From the IMG/VR virus record IMGVR_UViG_3300048881_000780: 64,000 bases of DNA, one strand, 5' to 3'. Below the pieces are notes generated by a model that did no database searches, was not told the DNA's origin, and was given only the letters and a program-made list of their open reading frames with translations. This stretch comes from a virus. Taxonomy: Duplodnaviria > Caudoviricetes. The number at the start of each line of letters is the position of its first letter. Positions within the stretch are counted from its first letter, which is position 1. Of the stretch, positions 20,858-31,682 are shown one piece after another. The position numbers and the translations under genes are program-made.

Positions 20858-21967
20858 TCATGAAATAGACTCCAGCCAAGTGTTTTTAGTATCCTCTTGG
20901 TTTTGGTCTGTTGTGAATTGACTTCCTTCCTTGAAGTAATCTATATTTTTCTTATATCTCGTTTTTATTTTTACATTTGCTTTACTCTTATAGTGAACAA
21001 AGTTATGAAAGTTTGCGACAGCGCTAAATCTAAAATTTGATAAATCTATCTCTTTTAAATTATCTGAATAGAAAAATATTGCACCAAAATCTACGACATT
21101 AGATGTTTTAAATGATCCTAGATTTACTTCCTTTAAATTATCACAACATTTAAACATTGCTCTCATATCAGTGACACATTCAGTATTAAAGCTCGATAGA
21201 TCTAGCGACACTAGGCCCCTGCACTTTTCAAACATTCCCTGCATATCAAGGGCGCTATCAGTTCGCATGTGATCTAGATTTAAATTCTGTAAATTATAGC
21301 AATTTTTAAACATTCCTCTGAAACTTAAAACACTACCAGCATCAAATCTCTCTAAATCTAGAGAGAGTAAGTTATTCATGCCAGAGAACATTCGAGACAT
21401 TGTTGTAACATTAAAAACATCTAAGTTCCTTAAGTCGAGATGATTTATTCCGGATTTTCTAAACATAACTTTCATATTTTCAACAAATGAAGTATTCAAA
21501 TTATCAATATTTAAATTATTTAAATTAATAGTTTTGTGAAATAATCCTTCCATATTAATAACAGAGCTCGAGTCAAAGGTGGAGAGATCTATATCTGTAA
21601 GATTCTTACACCCATGAAACATATTTTTCATAGATGTAACATTTGAAGTATTACAGCTGCCACTGTTAAATTTTGTCAATGATTTACAGTTTTCAAAGGA
21701 TCCTGCGAAAGTTATCCAATCGCAATCACCAAGATCAAAAACTTTTACTACTTGTATGGATGGATAATCTAAAATATGCATGGCCTGAATCTTACCATAG
21801 AAGCAAATGGTATACTCTCCATTTTCTTCGTAGGTATGATCTAGCTCATTACTGGAAATGATTCCATCACCCCAATCTATAGCGAACTCTACGTCTGTTC
21901 TATGAAACTTAAGAGGGAGAGTTACACTACCCTTTTTCACACGCCAACTGGCCCTAAATGGTTTCAT
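20858..21967 (-). CDS. PKD + DUF285-type LRR protein
   Basis: IDWGDG, LGDCDW, repeats; ends NTWLESIS. Confidence 0.9.
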   Translation of the reverse strand: MKPFRASWRVKKGSVTLPLKFHRTDVEFAIDWGDGIISSNELDHTYEENGEYTICFYGKIQAMHILDYPSIQVVKVFDLGDCDWITFAGSFENCKSLTKFNSGSCNTSNVTSMKNMFHGCKNLTDIDLSTFDSSSVINMEGLFHKTINLNNLNIDNLNTSFVENMKVMFRKSGINHLDLRNLDVFNVTTMSRMFSGMNNLLSLDLERFDAGSVLSFRGMFKNCYNLQNLNLDHMRTDSALDMQGMFEKCRGLVSLDLSSFNTECVTDMRAMFKCCDNLKEVNLGSFKTSNVVDFGAIFFYSDNLKEIDLSNFRFSAVANFHNFVHYKSKANVKIKTRYKKNIDYFKEGSQFTTDQNQEDTKNTWLESIS

Positions 21968-22070
21968 TTTATCTATATTAATAACAAGCCTCTCTAGATT
22001 TGATATTAACATATTTTTTATTTTCTAACAAGTTGCGTTAAAAACAATCAATAATTAGACATAGTTAGAA

Positions 22071-22481
22071 TTAATCTTGATAGGTTTCTGATTTTGTTAG
22101 AACCTCGGTACCAGTGTACTTAAAGTCTGGCAATAGATCCTCAACATCTTCTATCTTTCTAGAAGGAATCCAGAGAGAATTCTCCCCATTTTTTAAGAAG
22201 ATTTCTAAAAACTTATAATCCAGACTATTGAATATTAAACTACCATCCGACATTAAGGAAAATTGATATTCTTTATTTAACTCTTCAATATAGTAATTAA
22301 TATCACTTTCTTTCTTCTTAACTAAGTCTACAACGGATTCACTATCATCAAATTTTGACATTTCTTCTTTATAGTTATCTAGGAATTCTTTCTTTGAGTC
22401 TATGTCTACTTCTATTTTTTGGAAAATATCAACTTCCGTAACCCGCTCTATTACACTAGTTTTATATATAGTCTTCTTCAT
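22071..22481 (-). CDS. hypothetical protein
   Basis: AAGGAG RBS. Confidence 0.65.
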   Translation of the reverse strand: MKKTIYKTSVIERVTEVDIFQKIEVDIDSKKEFLDNYKEEMSKFDDSESVVDLVKKKESDINYYIEELNKEYQFSLMSDGSLIFNSLDYKFLEIFLKNGENSLWIPSRKIEDVEDLLPDFKYTGTEVLTKSETYQD

Positions 22482-22512
22482 TGCTACTCCTTTAAGTACT
22501 TATCGTAGAATG

Positions 22513-23454
22513 TCACTCTAGAGATTCTAGCCAGGTATTTCTTATTGATCCTGAGATTGCATTTGGAATATCGTGAAAATACAATTTCCCATTCTTTACT
22601 GGTAATAGTATTTTACAGAGGACATCACAAAATATACCAATATTAGATCCAGAAAAGTCAAAAGAGTATAACTTAAGTTTTTTAAGAGAGCTACACCCTC
22701 TAAACATATAATCCATATCATTTGCATTGCTAGTATCAAAGAAATCTACGTTTAATCTTAAAAGAGAATTGCAATGAGTGAACATATTTCTAAATGATTC
22801 TACACTGTAAGTCTTAAAGTGGTTTAGATCTAGAGACTCTAGACTGTGGCAATCTTTAAACATCTTCTCCATTGATTCAACTTTTGAAGTATTAAAATTT
22901 GATATATCTAAGAAGTTAAGAGCACTAGCTCCTTCAAACATCGACTTCATTGATTTAGTGTTTTTGGTACAAAATGAAGATAAGTCTAGATATTTAAGCC
23001 TTTTACAATTGGAAAAAAGATGCCTCATATTCTTTACATTATATGTATGAGAGTTCGATAAAGAGACTCTCTCTAGAGATTCACACTCATCAAACATAAA
23101 GCTCAAATCTTTTACTGTTTTTGGAATTGCTCCATTATAACTTTCGAGCATTTTACAACCATAGAAGGCATTTGATAAATCCTGCCAATGGCAGTCACCT
23201 AAATGATGAACGGCCAAAAGTTCACACGATGAGACTTTATAAGATCTCCAAAGTCCTAATTTTCCAGATATTGTTAATGTGTAATTGCCATTAATTTCAT
23301 ATATATGAACGGCGTTTGGGTCATCGTAGGAAGTTATATGATCACTTTTCCCATCGCCCCAGTCGACAGTAAAGTCGTAATCAAACCCCTCAAATAGAGG
23401 GAGAGCTAAAACTCTCTTTTGGACTAGCCAGGTACTAACAAAGTTTTTTGACAT
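22513..23454 (-). CDS. PKD + DUF285-type LRR protein
   Basis: VDWGDG, LGDCHW, repeats; ends NTWLESLE. Confidence 0.9.
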   Translation of the reverse strand: MSKNFVSTWLVQKRVLALPLFEGFDYDFTVDWGDGKSDHITSYDDPNAVHIYEINGNYTLTISGKLGLWRSYKVSSCELLAVHHLGDCHWQDLSNAFYGCKMLESYNGAIPKTVKDLSFMFDECESLERVSLSNSHTYNVKNMRHLFSNCKRLKYLDLSSFCTKNTKSMKSMFEGASALNFLDISNFNTSKVESMEKMFKDCHSLESLDLNHFKTYSVESFRNMFTHCNSLLRLNVDFFDTSNANDMDYMFRGCSSLKKLKLYSFDFSGSNIGIFCDVLCKILLPVKNGKLYFHDIPNAISGSIRNTWLESLE

Positions 23455-23568
23455 AGAATAAATCCTCTATGTCTATTATAAAGGAATACTTAGTGAGATT
23501 TCGTTTTTAACTTTTAAGTAAGAGATGCGTCTATTTCGTTATATTAATGATAGTTAGGCATATAAATT

Positions 23569-24513
23569 TTAGCTAATGGCCCTAAGCCAACTATTACAGT
23601 TTTTATTATCCGTGACGATATTAAGATTTGATGATGCAAACATCTCTAGATACTTCCTCGATACCTTCACTAAAGCATTAGAGTTAGTTATTTTCGATTT
23701 TGCTAGGGACTCATCGAACTCGAAGTTTTTAAGATTAATTTTCTTAAGTTTAGGAGTGTCATAGAACGCCTTTGTAATATCTTTAAGTTTGGAGAACTTT
23801 CTGTGTCCAAAGTTGATGGATTCGAGGTTCCTACAGTTAAAAAATGCTCTATTCATATGATTAATTTTATGGGGCCTAAAATTTGATAAATCAAGTTTTC
23901 TTATTCCCGAAGAGCTAAAGACGCACGAAAAGCCAATGAGATTTTCCGTATTAAATTCACTAAGATCGACTTCTCTTAAACTTTTAGTACCGTGAAATGC
24001 TGAAAACATTTGAGTTAAAGAAGATGAATTTATTTTACCAAAATCAACATTTTCTAACTTTTCGCAGCCACGAAACAAGCTAGACATAATTTTAACATTA
24101 GAAAAATCAAAGGTTGATAAATCTGCGGTTTCAAGTTTTTCACATTCTGAAAATAAACCGTTTAAATTCTTTATTTTGATCGTATCACAATTGCCTGCGA
24201 CAAACTTTTTAAGGTTAATACAGTCACTAAATAAAGATCCGACATTATACCAATTTAGATCACCAAATTGAAGAACCTCAATCAACTTAGCTTTATCTCT
24301 TAGCTTTATAAATAGTCCTCTGTGAATTGACCCTGATACTCTTATTGTGTAAATTCCAGGTTCTTTATACTTATGAACAGCTGAGTTCTTGCTATTTTGA
24401 TCAATACTCCCATCACCCCAATCAATTGTAAGCCCTGAGGCATCTTGTAAGAAAAAAAGCGTCTCATTACTATTGGTAATTTGCCATCGACTAATAAAAT
24501 CAAAGTTACTCAT
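23569..24513 (-). CDS. PKD + DUF285-type LRR protein
   Basis: IDWGDG, repeats; ends NSWLRAIS. Confidence 0.9.
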   Translation of the reverse strand: MSNFDFISRWQITNSNETLFFLQDASGLTIDWGDGSIDQNSKNSAVHKYKEPGIYTIRVSGSIHRGLFIKLRDKAKLIEVLQFGDLNWYNVGSLFSDCINLKKFVAGNCDTIKIKNLNGLFSECEKLETADLSTFDFSNVKIMSSLFRGCEKLENVDFGKINSSSLTQMFSAFHGTKSLREVDLSEFNTENLIGFSCVFSSSGIRKLDLSNFRPHKINHMNRAFFNCRNLESINFGHRKFSKLKDITKAFYDTPKLKKINLKNFEFDESLAKSKITNSNALVKVSRKYLEMFASSNLNIVTDNKNCNSWLRAIS

Positions 24514-24649
24514 TTTAAATTCTCTTTCTTCTTATTGGCAATTATGATGTGACCACTACTTGAATAGTGATAGCTTGGAACTGGGAGCTTTTTAAATAAG
24601 CTCATTATTTTAAAATTCCTTAAAAATTTAAAGAGTTTCATAGTTATCC

Positions 24650-24862
24650 TTAGATTTGATAATCAGTAAGAATTTTAAGAGGGAGATAGAACCATCCCAT
24701 AAGAAAAGACCCTATCGTCTTTAAAAACAATTCTAAGAGATTACTGGCCTCATCTAGCTGACTGAACATATAGACACCACTAAATAACATATAAAGAAAT
24801 ACCCATAATTGTTCATGGGTTTCACTTTGACTTACTTTGTATGAATTTAGTTGCTTCTTCAA
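24650..24862 (-). CDS. small two-TM membrane protein
   Basis: Paralog of 24877..25086 (GWFYLPL vs GWLYMPL). Confidence 0.6.
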   Translation of the reverse strand: MKKQLNSYKVSQSETHEQLWVFLYMLFSGVYMFSQLDEASNLLELFLKTIGSFLMGWFYLPLKILTDYQI

Positions 24863-24876
24863 ATCTTCATCCTTAA

Positions 24877-25086
24877 TTAAAATATTGCATTATATAACAG
24901 ATTTAGTGGCATATATAACCAACCAGTAAAGTAACAAGATATAAAGAGAGCTAAAGATTCTATTAAGCTCGATTGCGACTCTAAGTTTTGGTACATATAG
25001 TGACATCCAATTATTTTATATAATGTTATGGCAACATCTAGCTTACTCTCTCTAAACTGAAATTCTTTTGATGCGATACTTGTCAT
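24877..25086 (-). CDS. small two-TM membrane protein
   Basis: Paralog of 24650..24862; GAGG RBS. Confidence 0.6.
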   Translation of the reverse strand: MTSIASKEFQFRESKLDVAITLYKIIGCHYMYQNLESQSSLIESLALFISCYFTGWLYMPLNLLYNAIF

Positions 25087-25164
25087 ATTAACCTCTGTAC
25101 TAAGTTCTATCTATATTTTATAATATTTAACATATTATGTCAAAAAATAAACTATGGATACAGT

Positions 25165-25365
25165 ATGGTTTTTGAAATATTAATAATATGGATACTCCTT
25201 GGGTCACTTTCTTGTAATATTGCTTGGATGTTACAAATGAGGGCAGCTAGTTCTGTAGATATGCGCTATAGTCCCTATTTATTGGGCATTATGTTGTTTT
25301 TAGTGTTCGGTCCATTCTCGCTACTGATTAGTAAAATATTTAAAAGGATTAAAAATGCAAAATAG
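25165..25365 (+). CDS. small membrane protein
   Basis: Two hydrophobic segments. Confidence 0.55.
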   Translation: MVFEILIIWILLGSLSCNIAWMLQMRAASSVDMRYSPYLLGIMLFLVFGPFSLLISKIFKRIKNAK

Positions 25366-25729
25366 AGTTTCAAGTATTACAGAAGCTAGAGATATAATTG
25401 ATAAATTTCACGCTCGAAAAATAATGATTCATAATGGGAAAAGGTGGAGTGTTGCCTCAGTGAAAAGAATTATCCCTATGATTAGTAATTACCCAAAAGG
25501 GCCAATAGATGATATTGAAATCCTAATTAATAAAGAAAAGAATCACTACTTTTCAGCACTCTGTTTATTTGGAAAAAGATCATGGGTTAAAGATATTAGG
25601 ATTTGTGATGATTATAATAGAAATTCCCTAAAGATGGTAGCAATTCATCCTACTCCTAAAAATGATGAGATGATCATTAGAGTGGCCAGATTTATTAAAT
25701 TAATTTACTTAAAACAAAAGACGAAATGA
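25355..25729 (+). CDS. hypothetical protein
   Basis: 124-aa ORF overlapping neighbours. Confidence 0.6.
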   Translation: MQNRVSSITEARDIIDKFHARKIMIHNGKRWSVASVKRIIPMISNYPKGPIDDIEILINKEKNHYFSALCLFGKRSWVKDIRICDDYNRNSLKMVAIHPTPKNDEMIIRVARFIKLIYLKQKTK

Positions 25730-26574
25730 GTTCTTTTAGATTTGTAATAAATATTCCCAATGATGATACAGTCGTAAGTATGAGAGTTTATGAAGAGTAT
25801 CGTTATAGTTTTAAAGTTAATTGGGGAGATGAATGCTTTGGTAGTTACACTTATCGAAACAAGAGTCGCAACATAATACATCATACTTTTGAAAAAGCTG
25901 GAGAATATACTATTGTAATGAGTGGCAGGATTGGCAAAATCAGAGCGGAGGAAACTTTATTTAAATATATAACTGAGGTTATAGATTTAGGAGATTGTAA
26001 GTGGCAGGATTTATCATTCATGTTCGCTGAATGTAATAATATGGTTAGATTTAAAGGTGGCATTACTTCTGATGTTAAATCAATGGATCATATGTTCACA
26101 GATTGCAAGAAACTGAGTTTTTTAGATATTTCTAGTTTTGACACTTACAATGTAACTAATATGAGAGGTATGTTTACAGGACTCTCCAAACTCAGTCATA
26201 TTGACGTTAGTCACTTCAACACCTTCAATGTTACGGATATGTCGCATATGTTTAGAGGTATGAAATCACTTAGACATTTAAGCATATCTAACTTTCGATT
26301 TAAAGGCCCTGTCAATATGGGCCTTAGTTTTGATGATTTGAACTCCTGTGAGGTATTGGATCTAAGACACTTAGATTTTAGTAAGATAGATCTATACTTA
26401 ATTAATGATGTTAGAAGTTATCAGAACTGTTTTAAGTATGGACCAAAGAAGGTAATTGTTAAGCTAGAGGATTTTTGTAAGTACTTTAAGGGTAATCCGC
26501 GCGTTTACGGATTAGTTGAAGATAGAAGAAAGAATAGCTGGTTAAACTCGCTAGATATCGAGGATTTCAAATGA
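25726..26574 (+). CDS. PKD + DUF285-type LRR protein
   Basis: VNWGD, LGDCKW, repeats; NSWLNSL near C-terminus. Confidence 0.9.
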   Translation: MSSFRFVINIPNDDTVVSMRVYEEYRYSFKVNWGDECFGSYTYRNKSRNIIHHTFEKAGEYTIVMSGRIGKIRAEETLFKYITEVIDLGDCKWQDLSFMFAECNNMVRFKGGITSDVKSMDHMFTDCKKLSFLDISSFDTYNVTNMRGMFTGLSKLSHIDVSHFNTFNVTDMSHMFRGMKSLRHLSISNFRFKGPVNMGLSFDDLNSCEVLDLRHLDFSKIDLYLINDVRSYQNCFKYGPKKVIVKLEDFCKYFKGNPRVYGLVEDRRKNSWLNSLDIEDFK

Positions 26575-26894
26575 AAAAGCAAATTATAAAACTTAATTCC
26601 CACCTAATACCAAAAGTAAAGAGTGCTAGAAAAATGGCCACTACTAGACTTGGAATAAAGAGTAAGTATCATGTGGGCCCATTTGTAATTGAAGATGCGA
26701 GTGATTCCGATAAAATTTATGATTTTTCACTTTATATTTGTAGAATAGAATTAATTCGATTTAAAGAAATTGATATAGATCTCGCGAATGTTGAGGGTTA
26801 CGATTATGTTGATGATTTCAAGGCAGAGTTAGTGAAAATCTACGGAAAGATAAAAGAAAGTGATTTTCTAACGGTGATCTATTTCTCCTCATAA
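26571..26894 (+). CDS. ASCH domain protein
   Basis: KMATTRLG, LANVEGY, ELVKIY, VIYF pattern. Confidence 0.75.
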   Translation: MKKQIIKLNSHLIPKVKSARKMATTRLGIKSKYHVGPFVIEDASDSDKIYDFSLYICRIELIRFKEIDIDLANVEGYDYVDDFKAELVKIYGKIKESDFLTVIYFSS

Positions 26895-26899
26895 TTAAA

Positions 26900-27235
26900 T
26901 TACAATATTCTAAAATCCCTATAATCTTCAATATAAACATGAGATATTACACCAAAGTGAAGATCTAGATACTGCTGATACATTGGATAGTCTTCATTTA
27001 CAACTATATCACTATCAACCTGGAAAAAAGGAGTTTTTTCAGATGGCCCCTCTTCACTAACAAGAGCTCTTCTAGAGAATAATATTAAAACCTTTGAATC
27101 TACTAGGCCTTGCTCTTTAAGAATATCCGTTTGTTCTTCGATATACTTATGGGCCTTCCCATAGCTTGTAAAGACTCTCCCTAAAGATTTCGTATCGTTA
27201 TTTTCAAATTGCACAACTATTAATCTCTCGTTCAC
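26900..27235 (-). CDS. hypothetical protein
   Basis: GTG start after AGGAG. Confidence 0.6.
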   Translation of the reverse strand: MNERLIVVQFENNDTKSLGRVFTSYGKAHKYIEEQTDILKEQGLVDSKVLILFSRRALVSEEGPSEKTPFFQVDSDIVVNEDYPMYQQYLDLHFGVISHVYIEDYRDFRIL

Positions 27236-27465
27236 AAAGACTCCTATTTGTTAACTTATCGTAATTACTATCTCCTAAAGTAATTCGCGATACTATCCAG
27301 TGATCCTCTTACTAATTAAGACCAGGTTGTATTTACGTACAGTACACTCTAAACAGTTGTTTTCTATATGTATTTAAAATTTTAACACATTTCGTTAAAA
27401 AATAAATTAACAAAGTCATCCTTTCAAACTACAATTAATTAACACGCCACACAAGTGAGAAAATT

Positions 27466-28965
27466 ATGACGACCAACGCTATAACGAATGAGTTATTAGT
27501 CCTCTATTTAGATAATGAAGATGTAATCTACAATCAAGTAAGACAGGCCACTTGCAAAAAACTCAGTAGAGCATTTCTTGGTCAAATTAAAAGAAAATTA
27601 TCTCTTGAATTTGACGATGATAATGGATATCGAAAGCACAAGAAGATTGATTTCAATCTAGAGAATGGCTCCTCTATCTATTTATTGCTAATAAAGAAGT
27701 CTATACCTACTCTCGAGTTATATGAGGCCCTTAGAGATGCTCTAAGTCTACCATTTAAGGCCGGTGGAACATATTCATATAATATCTCAAATATCTCAAT
27801 AGAAGACCAAGAGAGGCTAACTAGAGGTGTATATCAACTTGAAGAGCTCTCTAAATTTCAAATACCTACTAAGAGTAAACATACCAGTAAAAAAGCAAAG
27901 GTAGAGATAAACTCTGGCTTCTATACTGACTTAGCGGATCACGAACTCTATGCGCTAAATAAAGAAAGTACTAGTTTAAGTAAGAATGTTAATCAAGCAA
28001 AATTATTTTGCTACTCTCCTGCCAATATTCTAGACGCTAGAAATTATGTAAAGGAAATTGAAAAGCTAATATCTAAGCAAAAAGATGTTGAATACGAATT
28101 CTTTGATTACGAATGGCTTAAGAAAAATGATTACAATCTATTTCTCGCTGTTTCTCAGGCCGATTTAGACCAGGGCGGAGGTATTGTTAAACTTACTTAT
28201 AGACCTTTAATCAAAGACTCTAAAAGTAAAAAGAATAGACCGCTTGCCATTATTGGAAAAGGAATTGTTTACGATACTGGTGGACTTACAATTAAGCCCG
28301 AAATGGAAGGAATGCATAGAGACATGACAGGTTCCGCGGTTGCACTTGGGACATTCTTGTCTCTTGTTTCGATGAAAGTGAATAAGAATCTCAATTGCTA
28401 TCTTCCAATAACTGAAAATAAGATATCGCAATACGCTTATAGACCAAGTGATATTATTGTAACTAAGAATAAAATATCTGTGGAAGTCGTAGATACTGAT
28501 GCCGAAGGAAGAATGTGTCTGGCCGACTCAATTGCAATGGCCCTAGAAGATAAATGTAGCTCTATTTTTGATTTTGCCACACTAACAGGAACAATACCTG
28601 ACTCAGTTGGAAAGAAGACTGCTGGTATAGCTAGTAATGATAAGAAGATTCGATCTCTAATTGAAGACAGTAGCCATATTTCAGGTGAGAACTTTTGGAA
28701 TTTTCCACTACCTAATTACATTATGGATGACCTACAAAGTACTGACATGGCCGACATTAAACAAAGCTTAACTGAAGAAGGTTGTGATCACATTGTGGGA
28801 GCTCAATTTCTACATTATTTTACTGGGGATACTCCTTGGGCCCATCTAGATTTGTCATGTGAATTCTTGGATGGAGGATTAGGCTTATCAAATACTGAAG
28901 TCACTGCTCATGGATTAGTTTTTGGGTATCACTTGATAAACAAATATATTGAGATGGAGTCATAA
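27466..28965 (+). CDS. M17 leucyl aminopeptidase family protein
   Basis: GKGIVYDTGG, DMTGSA, DTDAEGR, ATLTG, WAHLD motifs. Confidence 0.93.
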   Translation: MTTNAITNELLVLYLDNEDVIYNQVRQATCKKLSRAFLGQIKRKLSLEFDDDNGYRKHKKIDFNLENGSSIYLLLIKKSIPTLELYEALRDALSLPFKAGGTYSYNISNISIEDQERLTRGVYQLEELSKFQIPTKSKHTSKKAKVEINSGFYTDLADHELYALNKESTSLSKNVNQAKLFCYSPANILDARNYVKEIEKLISKQKDVEYEFFDYEWLKKNDYNLFLAVSQADLDQGGGIVKLTYRPLIKDSKSKKNRPLAIIGKGIVYDTGGLTIKPEMEGMHRDMTGSAVALGTFLSLVSMKVNKNLNCYLPITENKISQYAYRPSDIIVTKNKISVEVVDTDAEGRMCLADSIAMALEDKCSSIFDFATLTGTIPDSVGKKTAGIASNDKKIRSLIEDSSHISGENFWNFPLPNYIMDDLQSTDMADIKQSLTEEGCDHIVGAQFLHYFTGDTPWAHLDLSCEFLDGGLGLSNTEVTAHGLVFGYHLINKYIEMES

Positions 28966-29187
28966 GTGAAGTTATTTGACGATCTTTTTATTCCCGAAAA
29001 AGGAGTATATGAAACTCCTAGGTCGGCCCTCATAATAAAAGTTCTAAAAGTTTTTAATATTAATAAAGCTAAGAAAACGATTGATTTGAGATACAACATT
29101 TTTAGCAAGTCTGGACTGATTCTTACTAATGCCAAAGTAGAGAGAGTCAAATTAGAAAATATTCAAAGTTGGAAAAAGGTTAAATAA
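28966..29187 (+). CDS. hypothetical protein
   Basis: GTG start after GGAG. Confidence 0.55.
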   Translation: MKLFDDLFIPEKGVYETPRSALIIKVLKVFNINKAKKTIDLRYNIFSKSGLILTNAKVERVKLENIQSWKKVK

Positions 29188-29189
29188 TA

Positions 29190-30164
29190 ATGAAAGAGAA
29201 AGAAAAAACAAATAAATTTTCACTCAAGGAAGCTGGAGAAACAATCTCGGCACTTCTAAAAGTTATCATGTTTGGTTTTATTATATTCTCCTTTAGTAAG
29301 GATCTTAAAAAATCCTTTCATACAGGAGTTCAATTCAAATCAATGAATAAAAATATATTAAGTAAGCAAAATAGCTTTTTTAAAAAAATTGGCAGAAGAC
29401 CAAGTTCAACTCCTCTAGAGTCTCCTAGCATGAAAACTTTTGTTATAGACTTTAAAGGAAATATCCCCAAATTTATTAAAGAAGTTGAATTTCTACTCCC
29501 CGCTTTAGATAGAGTAGATACCGTTATTGTAAAGATCGAAAGCCCTGGCGGGTCAGTCGTTGACTACTCACTGGCAACTTATCACCTAGAAAGATTAAAA
29601 ATGACGGGGGTTCATTTAGTGGCCTCTATTGATCGTGTCGCAGCTAGCGGTGGTTATATGATGGCAGTGGTTGCTGATGAAATCTATGCTACCCCACACT
29701 CTATTGTTGGAAGTATTGGCGTTGTGAATTCATTTCCAAATTTCTCTAAGGCCCTATCTAAATTAGGGGTTACTTGGAAGGAATATACCGCTGGAAGTAG
29801 CAAGAGAACCGCTGGAGTATTTAGGAAAATGAGTCCTGAAGATGATAAAAAAATGAAGGAGAAATTAGAGGAAATGCACCTAAGTTTTATTGATCACATT
29901 AAGAATTATAGACGAATTGATGAAAGTAAAGTGGCAACTGGTGATTATTGGTACTCATCTATCTCAATGGATAAGAATTTAAATCTAGTTGATGAAATTA
30001 AATCAAGTTCTGAAGTTATTAGTGAGCACTTAGAATATACCGAAGTTATCGAAGTTGTTACCGTTGAACAGCAGGGTCTATTTGGTGGTGCAACGAGAGC
30101 TATGGTTAAAGCATTTATTGAACAAATTACAATTTCTCTCAATCTCAACAGGGCCTATCTATGA
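29190..30164 (+). CDS. sohB: S49 family serine peptidase (SohB-like)
   Basis: N-terminal TM, ESPGGSV, VAASGGYMMA, GSIGV motifs. Confidence 0.85.
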   Translation: MKEKEKTNKFSLKEAGETISALLKVIMFGFIIFSFSKDLKKSFHTGVQFKSMNKNILSKQNSFFKKIGRRPSSTPLESPSMKTFVIDFKGNIPKFIKEVEFLLPALDRVDTVIVKIESPGGSVVDYSLATYHLERLKMTGVHLVASIDRVAASGGYMMAVVADEIYATPHSIVGSIGVVNSFPNFSKALSKLGVTWKEYTAGSSKRTAGVFRKMSPEDDKKMKEKLEEMHLSFIDHIKNYRRIDESKVATGDYWYSSISMDKNLNLVDEIKSSSEVISEHLEYTEVIEVVTVEQQGLFGGATRAMVKAFIEQITISLNLNRAYL

Positions 30165-30360
30165 TTTTTATTATTCTATTTGATTTAATTTCTAATTCTA
30201 CTACCTCTGAGAATCTCAGTGATAAAGATGTGAAGATGCTCTATTATATTGGTATTATTGAGCTAATTTTAGAAGTTATGTTTCTTCTTATTTATCTGGC
30301 CCATAGACTCTCAATTTCTCCGTGAGAAATACGATAAGTTTATATAAATAGGAGTAAATT

Positions 30361-30846
30361 ATGGCAAAAGAAAATAAGAAGTATATAGATGCGTGTGCAG
30401 ACTATATTCTAAGTCAAGATCACGAATTTAAAAACTATCTAGACACCAAGAGGGAAAATGGTGAAAATCCTCTCATTATTGAAGATTCCCATATCTATAT
30501 TTGTGCCTCGCTACTTAAATTTAAGGTTTATACCGTATTTGATAATATTAGATCAGAGGCCTCAGTAAAGGAAATGATTGAAGCCTATCATCACTATCTG
30601 ATTAATGAGGATGATGAGTTAGGAATTGGCGCCATCTTAGAGGGATATGAGCTAGATGGAATTATCGCTGAAGCAATGGAATATCTCTGTGAAGAAAAGG
30701 GATTTAGCTTTAAGAGTGACAAGGCTGACTATGTACCTACTATAGATGAATTAGATAATTTAAATGGCCTATATGAAGAGACTACTAGACAGGCCATTCA
30801 AATACTTTCTTTTGCAATAAAGAGAAAAAGTGAAGGATTTCTATGA
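30361..30846 (+). CDS. hypothetical protein
   Basis: AGGAG RBS. Confidence 0.65.
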   Translation: MAKENKKYIDACADYILSQDHEFKNYLDTKRENGENPLIIEDSHIYICASLLKFKVYTVFDNIRSEASVKEMIEAYHHYLINEDDELGIGAILEGYELDGIIAEAMEYLCEEKGFSFKSDKADYVPTIDELDNLNGLYEETTRQAIQILSFAIKRKSEGFL

Positions 30847-31130
30847 TTAAATCTAAGAAGAAAATCATTATTGAAACTAAAAACGGTGATCGTTACTTAA
30901 TTTCTGCTCATGAAGTTATTTCCGATCGAGCAACTTATTACAGTGAACGAGATCACGATTGTGATTTTGATGAAGTTTACGAAGAGACTGAAGCTGAAGA
31001 TTTTGAAATGACTGAGTGGCTCAGTAATAATATGGAGTGGGACGAGTGCAAAACCCTTAAAAAACTACCAAGAGAAGAAATTTCTCCAAAAGATGCTTTT
31101 ATTGAAAGTATCGAGGTGGTTAATGACTAA
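30843..31130 (+). CDS. hypothetical acidic protein
   Basis: ATGA overlap with upstream gene. Confidence 0.65.
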   Translation: MIKSKKKIIIETKNGDRYLISAHEVISDRATYYSERDHDCDFDEVYEETEAEDFEMTEWLSNNMEWDECKTLKKLPREEISPKDAFIESIEVVND

Positions 31131-31132
31131 TT

Positions 31133-31507
31133 ATGAAACAAAATAAACTTGAAGTTAAGTTGTCGAGAATTAGTAAATCTCTTAAAGGAATTAAAGAGAA
31201 GTTTAATCTATCTTGGTCAGAACTTCATTCTATGACTCATGTTTCAAAAACCAGCCTAAAAAGATGGATCAAAGAACCACCAAAGAATCCAAATACTCTA
31301 ACTCTTAATAGCTTAAATGCTTTTGTAGTTATGGATAAACTTTTGATGAATATATACTCAAGTCAAAAAGAGCAAGTAGTGTGGTTAGATAGTCCTCACC
31401 CTTATTTTGACAACAAAACTCCTAGAAGCTTATTAAGTGAGTCCCCTGCTAATGTCATTTATCTAAGGGATTACTTAGCAACTGAAAGTAGAATATTAAT
31501 GAGTTAA
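31133..31507 (+). CDS. Xre/MbcA/ParS-type antitoxin-like protein
   Basis: N-terminal HTH plus WLDSPHPYFDNKTPRSLL. Confidence 0.75.
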   Translation: MKQNKLEVKLSRISKSLKGIKEKFNLSWSELHSMTHVSKTSLKRWIKEPPKNPNTLTLNSLNAFVVMDKLLMNIYSSQKEQVVWLDSPHPYFDNKTPRSLLSESPANVIYLRDYLATESRILMS

Positions 31508-31649
31508 CTTAAGGACTATTTATTCAGGTAATAAGAGAAAAGGCATTTCTTGAGTCTTGGTTGTCACTGAGTTGAAATCTTATTAGAAATAATATATGAA
31601 TATATAAGGTTTTAAACGTAAACATTTTAACACTTATAAAAAAACCTAA

Positions 31650-31682
31650 AAAGAGGAGAATTTTATAGTTCTCCTTTTTTTT
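31650..31682. terminator. bidirectional intrinsic terminator
   Basis: A-run, AGGAGAA/TTCTCCT stem and T-run between convergent genes. Confidence 0.65.
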
